From the NCBI RefSeq assembly GCF_001457615.1, contig NZ_LN831024.1:240001-272000 (forward strand): DNA of 32,000 nt, read 5' to 3'. Within the stretch, counting starts at the first letter, position 1. Every line of letters begins with the position of its first letter. The translations under genes were made by a program, and so were the position numbers. The notes under the pieces were generated by a model that was not told the origin of the DNA, did no database searches, and worked only from the letters and a program-made list of their open reading frames with translations. The stretch comes from Pseudomonas aeruginosa (GTDB lineage Bacteria; Pseudomonadota; Gammaproteobacteria; Pseudomonadales; Pseudomonadaceae). Positions 25,274 through 32,000 of the stretch are shown here, piece after piece.

Positions 25274-26611
25274 TCAGGCTTCGATCCGGCGCGGAGCCAT
25301 GAAGTACAGCCAGGTCAGGGCGATGAAGTACATCGCCGGGATCATGGTGAAGAGCACCGCGTAGTTGTTGTTCGTCGCGGTCAGTACGCCGCCGACGATC
25401 TGGGTCATGAACATCCCGCCCAGCGCCGCGCACATGCCGCCGAAGCCGAACACCGTGCTCATCAGGTGCTTGGGCGTGTAGTCCATCACCAGGCTCCAGA
25501 TGTTCGCCGTCCACGCCTGGTGTGCGCCGACCGCCAGGGCGATGGCCAGCACGGCGATCCACAGGCCGCTGGCGTTGGCGGCGAACACCACGCCGACGAT
25601 GGTGCAGGCGAACAGCAGCATCGACAGCAGGCGCGCGCGGATCGCCGGCATGCCGCGGCCGATCAGCCAGGACGAAAGGATGCCGCCGCCGACGCTGCCG
25701 AAGTCGGCGGTCAACCAGATCAGGATCAGCGGGATGCCCATCTGCGTCACGCTGATGCCCAGGCCGTACTGCTGGTTGAGGAACGGCGGCAGCCAGTAGA
25801 GGTAGAACCAGAACACCGGCGCGGTGATCGAGTAGGCCAGGGCGAAGGCCCAGGTGCCGCGGCGGCGGAGAATCTGCGAGAAGGGCACGCGGGTGGCGGG
25901 CGGCTCCTCCTGCTGCTGGATGTATTCCAGCTCGCTCTGCTTCACCCGCGGATGCTCCTCGGGGTTGTAGTAGTTGCGCCACCAGAACACCAGCCAGACC
26001 AGGCCCAGCGCCGACATGCAGAGGAACGCCGCCTGCCAGCCCCAGACGCCGAGGATCAGCGGCAACAGGGCCGGGGTGACCATCGCGCCGACATTGGTGC
26101 CGGCGTTGAAGATGCCGGTGGCCACCGCCCGTTCCCCGGCGGGGAACCACAGGCGGGTGGTCTTCACGCAGGCCGGGTAGTTGGCCGCCTCGGTCAGGCC
26201 GAGGATGAAGCGGCAGACCATGAAGCCCGCCGCCGAGGTCGCCAGGCCGTGGGCGCCGGTGGCCAGGCTCCAGAGCAGCACGGCGAGGAAGAACGCGCGC
26301 TTGACCCCGACCTTGTCGATGAAGCGGCCCTGGAGGATGAAGCCGATGGCGTAGCCGACCTGGAACCAGAAGTTGATGTTGGCGTAGTCCATCGCCGTCC
26401 AGCTCATCTTCTCGGCCAGGATCGGCTGCATCACGCCGAGGGCGGCGCGATCGATGTAGTTCAGGGTGGTGGCGAAGAACACCAGGGCGAGCATGCCCCA
26501 GCGCGTCCGGCCGACGGCGAAGGCGTTGCGGATCCTGCCGCCGCGGGATTCCCGCGGGGCGTCGGCGGCGAGCAGTCGAGAGCTGGAAGAGTGGATCATT
26601 GACGGGGCCAT
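25274..26611 (-). CDS. MFS transporter, anion:cation symporter (ACS; ExuT/GudP/DgoT-like organic-acid permease) family
   Basis: 445 aa (…WGMLALVFFATTLNYIDRAALGVMQPILAEKMSWTAMDYANINFWFQVGYAIGF…). An alternative start is ATG 26599. From context it is probably a quinate/shikimate or related hydroaromatic acid permease. Confidence 0.88.
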   Translation of the reverse strand: MAPSMIHSSSSRLLAADAPRESRGGRIRNAFAVGRTRWGMLALVFFATTLNYIDRAALGVMQPILAEKMSWTAMDYANINFWFQVGYAIGFILQGRFIDKVGVKRAFFLAVLLWSLATGAHGLATSAAGFMVCRFILGLTEAANYPACVKTTRLWFPAGERAVATGIFNAGTNVGAMVTPALLPLILGVWGWQAAFLCMSALGLVWLVFWWRNYYNPEEHPRVKQSELEYIQQQEEPPATRVPFSQILRRRGTWAFALAYSITAPVFWFYLYWLPPFLNQQYGLGISVTQMGIPLILIWLTADFGSVGGGILSSWLIGRGMPAIRARLLSMLLFACTIVGVVFAANASGLWIAVLAIALAVGAHQAWTANIWSLVMDYTPKHLMSTVFGFGGMCAALGGMFMTQIVGGVLTATNNNYAVLFTMIPAMYFIALTWLYFMAPRRIEA

Positions 26612-26914
26612 CCTTTCGGCGGCCGGCGCCTGGGCGCCCGGCCTGGATTTGTCGTTCTGGGTTGCACGCGGGCGGGCCAGGGGCCGCGCCGGTGTCAGCG
26701 GGCCAGGGGCGGTCGGGCCGGACGAGCGGCCAGCGGACGGGATGGAGGGCGGACGGAGAGGTCGGCGATGGACATGAGCGGGTACCCGATTCTTGAAATT
26801 GTTATGTCGCGTGGGTTGCGCAGGTGCCCGGAAAGAAGCGCGGAGCGCTTCCGGCAGATCGGGACGGCCTGCACGGGTGGCAGCGATGGTGCGCGATTGG
26901 TCGAAAAAGCGTCA

Positions 26915-26948
26915 ATTCGATAATCGTGCTTCCGTTCGATATTCGAAC
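26915..26948. promoter_or_regulatory. Two-box PcaR/IclR-type operator in the MFS-porin / quiC divergent region
   Basis: Plus strand: ATTCGATAATCGTGC-ttcc-GTTCGATATTCGAAC. Minus strand: GTTCGAATATCGAAC-ggaa-GCACGATTATCGAAT, the same order as at pcaI. Confidence 0.55.
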
Positions 26949-27144
26949 GGAATACTAACCAGTTCGTACATTTTGCGTTGCCCGGCAGTTGGCGCAAACC
27001 AATAATCGGCTTGCCGGGCGAGCGGTCTCAGCGACCCGAAGTGGCTTCCCGGCGCATCCCGCGCGGGCTATCCGCGCCTCCGCCGTTCCGCCGCCGGCCC
27101 TCGCGCGGCGCCAGGCGCCGTAGGGCGCATTGAGGAGTCGAAGC

Positions 27145-29049
27145 ATGCAGCGTTCGATCGCCACCGTATCCCTGAGCGGCACCCTGCCGGAAAAGCTCGA
27201 GGCCATCGCCGCCGCCGGTTTCGACGGGGTGGAAATCTTCGAGAACGACCTGCTTCATTACGACGGCAGCCCGCGCGACGTACGCCGGCTGTGTGCCGAC
27301 CTGGGCCTGGAGATCCTGCTGTTCCAGCCGTTCCGCGACTTCGAGGGCTGCCGCCGGGAACGCCTGGGGCGAAACCTGGAGCGCGCCGAACGCAAGTTCG
27401 ACCTGATGCAGGAACTCGGCACCGACCTGGTGCTGGTGTGCAGCAACGTCGCTGCCGATGCCCTCGGCGAACCGGCGCTGCTGGCCGATGACCTCCGGCT
27501 GCTGGCCGAGCGCGCCGCCGTCCGCGGCCTGCGCATCGGCTACGAGGCGCTGGCCTGGGGGCGCCAGGTGAACACCTGGGAGCAGGCCTGGGACCTGGTG
27601 CGGCGGGCCGACCAGGCTAACCTCGGGCTGATCCTCGACAGCTTCCATACCCTTTCGCTGGACGGCGATCCGCGCGGCATCGCCGATCTTCCGGGGGAAA
27701 AGATCTTCTTCGTGCAAGTGGCCGACGCGCCCTTGCTGGCAATGGACGTGCTGGAATGGAGCCGGCACTTCCGCTGCTTCCCGGGTCAGGGCGGCTTCGA
27801 CCTGGCAGGCTTCCTCGCGCCGGTCGTCGCGTCCGGCTATCGCGGTCCGCTGTCGCTGGAGGTCTTCAATGACGGCTTCCGCGCCGCGCCGACCCGCGCC
27901 AACGCCGTCGACGGCCTGCGCTCGCTGCTCTACCTCGAGGAGAAGACCCGCGAGCGCCTGCAACGCCAGACGCCGCACGTGGCGGTGGACGAGCTGTTCG
28001 CGCCGCCGCCGGCGAGCCTCTGCGACGGCATCGAGTTCCTCGAGTTCGCCGTCGACGAGACGCTCGGCGCGCGCCTTGGCCAGTGGTTGCAGCGACTGGG
28101 CTTCGCCAGGGCCGGCGAGCACCGTTCGAAGAATGTCAGCCTGTTGCGCCAGGGCGACATCAACCTGGTACTGAACGCCGAGCCCTATTCCTTCGCCCAC
28201 GGTTTCTTCGAGGCCCACGGACCGTCCTTGTGCGCCACCGCGCTGCGCGTGCGTGACGCCGGCCAGGCGCTGGAGCGCGCTCGTGCGTACGGAGGCCAGC
28301 CGTACCGCGGACTGCTCGGCCCCAACGAGCGGGAAATCCCGGCGGTGCGCGCCCTCGACGGCAGCCTGCTGTATCTGGTCGAGCGGCACACCGAGGGCCG
28401 CAGCATCTACGACAGCGACTTCGTGACGAACGACGCCGACACCTCCGGCCTCGGCCTGCGACGCGTCGACCACGTGGCCCTGGCGCTGCCCGCCGAAGGC
28501 CTGGACAGCTGGGTGCTGTTCTACAAGAGCCTGTTCGACTTCGGCGCCGATGACGAGGTGGTGCTGCCCGACCCCTATGGCCTGGTCACCAGCCGTGCCG
28601 TGCGTAGCCCCTGCGGCAGCGTGCGCCTGCCGCTGAACATTTCCGAGGACCGCAACACCGCCATCGCCCGATCGCTGTCCAGCTATCGCGGTTCCGGCGT
28701 GCACCACATCGCCTTCGATTGCGCCGACATCTTCGCCGCCGTGGCCGAGGCCAAGGAGGCCGGGGTCGCACTGCTGGAAATCCCGCTGAACTATTACGAC
28801 GACCTCGCCGCGCGCTTCGACTTCGACGACGAGTTCCTCAGCGAACTGGCCTACTACAACGTCCTCTACGACCGCGACGCCCAGGGCGGCGAGCTGTTCC
28901 ATGTGTTCACCGAGCCGTTCGAGGAGCGCTTCTTCTTCGAGATCCTCCAGCGCCGCCACGGCTACGCCGGCTACGGCGCGGCCAACGTGCCGGTGCGCCT
29001 GGCGGCGATGGCGCAAGCGCGGCGGGGTGTGCGCCGGGTCAAGCTGTGA
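27145..29049 (+). CDS. quiC: 3-dehydroshikimate dehydratase, QuiC1/QsuB-type fusion (N-terminal xylose-isomerase-like TIM barrel plus C-terminal 4-hydroxyphenylpyruvate-dioxygenase-like VOC domains)
   Basis: 634 aa from the ATG at 27145 (GAGGAG RBS at 27132-27137). The N-terminal half starts MQRSIATVSLSGTLPEKLEAIAAAGFDGVEIFENDL. The C-terminal half, GIEFLEFAV...HRSKNVSLLRQGDINLVLNAEP...VDHVALA...GVHHIAF...FFFEILQRR.GY.GYGAAN, closely follows HPPD motifs. Confidence 0.9.
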   Translation: MQRSIATVSLSGTLPEKLEAIAAAGFDGVEIFENDLLHYDGSPRDVRRLCADLGLEILLFQPFRDFEGCRRERLGRNLERAERKFDLMQELGTDLVLVCSNVAADALGEPALLADDLRLLAERAAVRGLRIGYEALAWGRQVNTWEQAWDLVRRADQANLGLILDSFHTLSLDGDPRGIADLPGEKIFFVQVADAPLLAMDVLEWSRHFRCFPGQGGFDLAGFLAPVVASGYRGPLSLEVFNDGFRAAPTRANAVDGLRSLLYLEEKTRERLQRQTPHVAVDELFAPPPASLCDGIEFLEFAVDETLGARLGQWLQRLGFARAGEHRSKNVSLLRQGDINLVLNAEPYSFAHGFFEAHGPSLCATALRVRDAGQALERARAYGGQPYRGLLGPNEREIPAVRALDGSLLYLVERHTEGRSIYDSDFVTNDADTSGLGLRRVDHVALALPAEGLDSWVLFYKSLFDFGADDEVVLPDPYGLVTSRAVRSPCGSVRLPLNISEDRNTAIARSLSSYRGSGVHHIAFDCADIFAAVAEAKEAGVALLEIPLNYYDDLAARFDFDDEFLSELAYYNVLYDRDAQGGELFHVFTEPFEERFFFEILQRRHGYAGYGAANVPVRLAAMAQARRGVRRVKL

Positions 29050-29141
29050 GAATTGTCGGGGCTCCGGCAGGTGCTCTTCCTACAGCCGGGCGGGCCCCGC
29101 ATAATCGGCCGCAATTCCCGCCGGCCACGAGTGAGTCACCG

Positions 29142-29810
29142 ATGTCCAAGCCTGATCCCGCCGTCGTGGAGGAATCCGCTCCGCGCGGCAAGGGACGCAA
29201 GAACAATCCCGAGAAGACCCGCCAGGACATCCTCCGCGCCGCCATCGACGAGTTCGTCGCCCAGGGCCTCTCGGGTGCGCGGGTGGACGCCATCGCCGAG
29301 CGCACGCATACCTCGAAGCGGATGATCTATTACTACTTCGGCAGCAAGGAGCAGCTCTACCAGGCCGTGCTGGAGAAGCTCTACAGCGACATCCGCGGTA
29401 TCGAGGGCACCCTGCGGCTGGGCGCGCTGCCGCCGGCCAAGGCGATGGAGAAGCTGGTGGAGTTCAGCTTCGACTACCACGACCGGCATGTGGATTTCGT
29501 GCGCATCATCAGCATCGAGAACATCCACAAGGGCGAGCACATCGCCAGCAGCGAACTGGTGCAGAGCGTCAACAGCTCGATCGTCCAGAGCATCGCCGAG
29601 ATTCTCCGCCGCGGCGAAGCGGAAGGGGTGTTCCGCGCCGGGCTGGAGGCGCTCGACGTGCACATGCTGATCAGTTCGTTCTGCTTCTACCGGGTGTCCA
29701 ATCGCTACACCGTGTCGCGGATCTTTCGCACCGACCTGCACGACGCCGAGGTTCGCCAGCGGCACCGGCGGATGATTGGCGAGGCGGTATTGCGCTACAT
29801 CCGTGCCTGA
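29142..29810 (+). CDS. TetR/AcrR-family transcriptional regulator
   Basis: 222 aa from the ATG at 29142. HTH region: TRQDILRAAIDEFVAQGLSGARVDAIAERTHTSKRMIYYYFGSKEQLY. Confidence 0.9.
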   Translation: MSKPDPAVVEESAPRGKGRKNNPEKTRQDILRAAIDEFVAQGLSGARVDAIAERTHTSKRMIYYYFGSKEQLYQAVLEKLYSDIRGIEGTLRLGALPPAKAMEKLVEFSFDYHDRHVDFVRIISIENIHKGEHIASSELVQSVNSSIVQSIAEILRRGEAEGVFRAGLEALDVHMLISSFCFYRVSNRYTVSRIFRTDLHDAEVRQRHRRMIGEAVLRYIRA

Positions 29811-29817
29811 CTCCGGT

Positions 29818-29843
29818 CCCCTCTCCCCTTGGCGGGAGAGGGG
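29818..29843. terminator. Perfect 10-bp stem hairpin between convergent genes (possible bidirectional terminator; no U-tract)
   Basis: CCCCTCTCCC-cttggc-GGGAGAGGGG occupies most of the 39-bp gap between the TetR stop (29810) and the dehydrogenase stop (29850). Confidence 0.45.
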
Positions 29844-29849
29844 CGCCAT

Positions 29850-30704
29850 TCAGTCGCCCAGGCTGGCGAAGTGCGCCTGCATGCGCGCGGCGTCGGCCGC
29901 CACCCCGCTGAACAGTTCGAATGCCTTCACCGCCTGGAACACCGCCATGGTGCCGCCGTCCAGTGTGCGGCAGCCGAGGGCGCGGGCCTGGCGCAGCAGC
30001 TCGGTTTCCAGCGGAAAGTAGATCACCTCGGCGACCCACAGGTCGGCGCGCAACAGTTCCGCCGGCACCGGCATGCCGGGTAGCTTGGCCATGCCCACCG
30101 GGGTGGTGTTGACCAATCCCTGGGCGTCGCCCAGGGCGCCGGCCAGGTCGCTGCCGGCGAGCGCTCGTGGCGCGCCGAAGTGCTGGTTGAGGTTGTCCGC
30201 GAGGGCCTGGGCCCGCGCCGGGTCGACGTCGAACAGGACCAGCCGCTCGACGCCCTCGGCGAGCAGCGCATGGGCCACTGCCGCGCCGGCGCCGCCCGCG
30301 CCCATCTGCACCACGCGCTGGCGCGGCGCGCCGGCCAGGCCGCGCCGAAAGCCCTCGGCGAAGCCCAGGCAGTCGGTGTTGTGGCCGATGCGCCGGCCAT
30401 CGCGCAGCACCACGGTGTTCACCGCGCCGATGCCGCGTGCCTCGGCGGAGAGGTCGTCGAGCAGGGGGATGATCGCCTGCTTGCAGGGGAAGGTGACGTT
30501 CAGCCCGGTGAAGCCGAGGTCGCTGGCGGCGGCGAGCAGGAACTCCAGGTCGTCCGCCGACTTGCCCAGCGGGTCGAGATCGATCAGCCGGTACAGATAG
30601 CGGATGCCCTGGGCGTCGCCCTCGCGCTCGTGCAGGGCAGGGGTCCGCGACGCCTGGATGCCGGCACCGATCAGGCCGGCGAGAACCGATCGCGGCGCGC
30701 TCAT
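29850..30704 (-). CDS. Shikimate/quinate 5-dehydrogenase (AroE/YdiB family), probably catabolic
   Basis: 284 aa from the ATG at 30704 ([26 protein letters not shown]...[12 protein letters not shown]...GAVNTV...[13 protein letters not shown]). The start forms an ATGA overlap with the aroQ stop. Confidence 0.9.
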   Translation of the reverse strand: MSAPRSVLAGLIGAGIQASRTPALHEREGDAQGIRYLYRLIDLDPLGKSADDLEFLLAAASDLGFTGLNVTFPCKQAIIPLLDDLSAEARGIGAVNTVVLRDGRRIGHNTDCLGFAEGFRRGLAGAPRQRVVQMGAGGAGAAVAHALLAEGVERLVLFDVDPARAQALADNLNQHFGAPRALAGSDLAGALGDAQGLVNTTPVGMAKLPGMPVPAELLRADLWVAEVIYFPLETELLRQARALGCRTLDGGTMAVFQAVKAFELFSGVAADAARMQAHFASLGD

Positions 30705-31147
30705 GCGGCCGCCTCGAAACGCTCGGCGAAATGTTCCAGGGCCAGGCGGTAGCCGAGGCTGCCGAATCCGCAGATCACTCCCAGCGCCACCGGCGAGACG
30801 TAGGAGTGGTGGCGGAACGCTTCGCGCTGGTGGACGTTGGACAGGTGCACTTCGACCACCGGCAGTTCCACCGCGGCCAGGGCGTCGCGCAGCGCCACCG
30901 AGGTGTGGGTCCAGGCGGCGGGGTTGATGACGATGCCGGCGACCCGGCCGCGGGCCTGGTGGATCCAGTCGAGCAGTTGGCCTTCCTGGTTGGTCTGGCG
31001 GAAGTCCACGGCGAAGCCGCGCGTCTCGGCGAAGGCCGCGCATTCGTCGGCGATTTCGCCCAGGGTCCGCCGGCCGTAGGTCTGTGGCTCGCGGGTGCCG
31101 AGCAGATTCAGGTTGGGGCCGTTCAGGACCAGTACCGTGCGCGTCAT
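30701..31147 (-). CDS. aroQ: Type II 3-dehydroquinate dehydratase (second, catabolic-context copy)
   Basis: 148 aa ([25 protein letters not shown]...[16 protein letters not shown]...[18 protein letters not shown]), GGAGG RBS. Confidence 0.95.
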   Translation of the reverse strand: MTRTVLVLNGPNLNLLGTREPQTYGRRTLGEIADECAAFAETRGFAVDFRQTNQEGQLLDWIHQARGRVAGIVINPAAWTHTSVALRDALAAVELPVVEVHLSNVHQREAFRHHSYVSPVALGVICGFGSLGYRLALEHFAERFEAAA

Positions 31148-31243
31148 GGCGCAGCCTCCACAGCAATGATGTCATCGATGCCGGAAAAATGTACCGAACG
31201 GTTACTTTTGTAAACCGGACGCCGTCGCCGACGGGACGAAAGC

Positions 31244-31258
31244 GTTCGATTATCGGCG
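31244..31258. promoter_or_regulatory. Single PcaR-type box upstream of aroQ
   Basis: GTTCGATTATCGGCG on the plus strand, CGCCGATAATCGAAC on the minus strand (contains the GATAAT -10-like hexamer). It lies 97 bp upstream of the aroQ ATG and immediately after the stop of the upstream MFS gene. Confidence 0.35.
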
Positions 31259-31263
31259 TCCGC

Positions 31264-32000
31264 TCACTCGCCTGCCGTCGGTTGCGTCGCGCCGCGGCCG
31301 CGCAGGGTCATGTCGGGCAGTGCCGAGGCCACCGCCAGGCCGAGCAGCGCCACCGCCGCGTTGACCAGGAAGAGCACCTTGAAGGCATCCGCGAGGACAT
31401 GCTGGAGGATCACCCGGGCCGGCCCGCTGGCGGCGTCCAGGCTGCTCAGCAGGGCGCTCTCGGAAAAGCCCTGGTCGAGCCCGCCGCCGATCCGCAGGTG
31501 CTTGAGCAGGGCCAGCAGGATCGCCGACATCAGCGCCACCCCGACCGCCCCGCCGAGGGAGCGGAACAACGTCGCGTTGCTGGTGGCGACGCCGATGTGG
31601 CGTTGCTCCACGGCGTTCTGCGCGGCCACCAGGCTGGTCGGGAACTGGGTACCGATGGCGATCCCGGTGAGCAGCATGCACAGCCCGGACAGCCAGTGGT
31701 CGCCGACCGGGACCAGGGCCAGGCCGGCGATGCCGCAGGGCAACAGGACGGCGCCGAGCAGGATCAGCGGCTTGTAGCGTCCCAGGCTGGCGGTCAGCCG
31801 CCCGCAGCAGTACGCGCCCAGCGGCAGGCCCATGACCAGCGGCAGCAGATGCAGCGCGGCGCTGTCGGCGCCGGCGCCGGTAACGCTCTGGTAGCGCAGC
31901 GGTACCAGCACGGTCAGCGAGATGGCCTGGAAGCTGGCGAAGAACGCAACCAGCCAACTGAGGGTGGCGGCGCGGACGGCGAACAGTTGCATCGGCACCA
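31264..32000 (-). CDS. MFS transporter, C-terminal part (drug:H+ antiporter DHA2/EmrB-like style); gene continues beyond window end
   Basis: The frame is open to the window edge. The translation is hydrophobic and multi-TM (…LVPLRYQSVTGAGADSAALHLLPLVMGLPLGAYCCGRL…). The Met at 31998 in the track is probably internal. Confidence 0.78.
   Translation of the reverse strand, partial: VPMQLFAVRAATLSWLVAFFASFQAISLTVLVPLRYQSVTGAGADSAALHLLPLVMGLPLGAYCCGRLTASLGRYKPLILLGAVLLPCGIAGLALVPVGDHWLSGLCMLLTGIAIGTQFPTSLVAAQNAVEQRHIGVATSNATLFRSLGGAVGVALMSAILLALLKHLRIGGGLDQGFSESALLSSLDAASGPARVILQHVLADAFKVLFLVNAAVALLGLAVASALPDMTLRGRGATQPTAGE

Noticed and set aside
26695-27005. Small ORFs in the long MFS/quiC intergenic region (26695..26997 -, 100 aa; 26793..27005 +, 70 aa)
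   Set aside because: They have no SD sequence and overlap each other and the operator boxes. Their composition is atypical (the AT-rich promoter core is translated), and no recognisable motif is present. A small protein or sRNA cannot be formally excluded without expression data.
26999-27010. Weak ATAATCGGC matches to the operator core (26999-27010, and 29099-29110 upstream of the TetR gene)
   Set aside because: Only about 8 of 15 positions match, with one half-site and no dyad partner. This is too weak to call without a PWM score or binding data.
27028-29016. 662-aa minus-strand ORF; similar long shadows at 9964..11883 (-), 13021..14592 (-), 16433..17887 (-), 21459..22910 (-), 25268..26602 (+), 18364..19122 (+)
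   Set aside because: All lie antisense to or out of frame with genes that have strong family signatures (quiC, pcaF, pcaB, the LysR and OM-barrel genes, the oxidoreductase and TIM-barrel genes, the MFS genes). The translations are Arg/Gly/Ala/Pro-rich low-complexity sequence typical of shadow ORFs.

Overview
This is a GC-rich chromosomal segment of Pseudomonas type (about two-thirds G+C by eye, not computed), densely packed with catabolic genes. From gene content and order I recognise it as the P. aeruginosa core-genome region that runs roughly PA0218 to PA0246 in PAO1 numbering. That assignment is from memory and cannot be verified here. Contents, left to right: (i) a truncated LysR regulator gene divergent from an amine/omega-amino-acid module (aldehyde dehydrogenase, APC permease, class-III aminotransferase, orphan PotF-like binding protein). 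(ii) A DHDPS-like aldolase plus class-II aldolase pair, divergent from an XRE-cupin regulator. (iii) The beta-ketoadipate operon pcaI-pcaJ-pcaF-pcaT-pcaB-pcaD-pcaC. (iv) A LysR regulator gene and a predicted outer-membrane barrel gene. (v) A 5.1-copy tandem array of a 101-103 bp REP-type composite repeat. (vi) pcaK divergent from an IclR regulator gene, followed by an uncharacterised oxidoreductase / TIM-barrel / EamA-transporter trio. (vii) A quinate/shikimate (hydroaromatic) cluster: OprD-family porin, ACS-type MFS transporter, QuiC1-type dehydroshikimate dehydratase-HPPD fusion, TetR regulator, shikimate/quinate dehydrogenase and type II dehydroquinase. (viii) The 3-prime part of a further MFS gene. 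I found no rRNA, tRNA, CRISPR array, IS element, integrase, phage or recognisable defence genes, and no compositional island. AT-rich pockets coincide with promoter regions. The most interesting non-genic signal is a conserved 15-bp PcaR/IclR-type dyad. It occurs as an identically built two-box operator at three promoters and as single boxes at up to three more. This suggests one regulon linking the pca, pcaK and qui genes and possibly the uncharacterised trio. I see no convincing evidence for an entirely new type of system. The least-explained parts are the oxidoreductase/TIM-barrel/EamA trio, the aldolase pair and the HPPD-like domain of QuiC. Many long ORFs in the supplied track are antisense shadows typical of high-GC DNA and were rejected.
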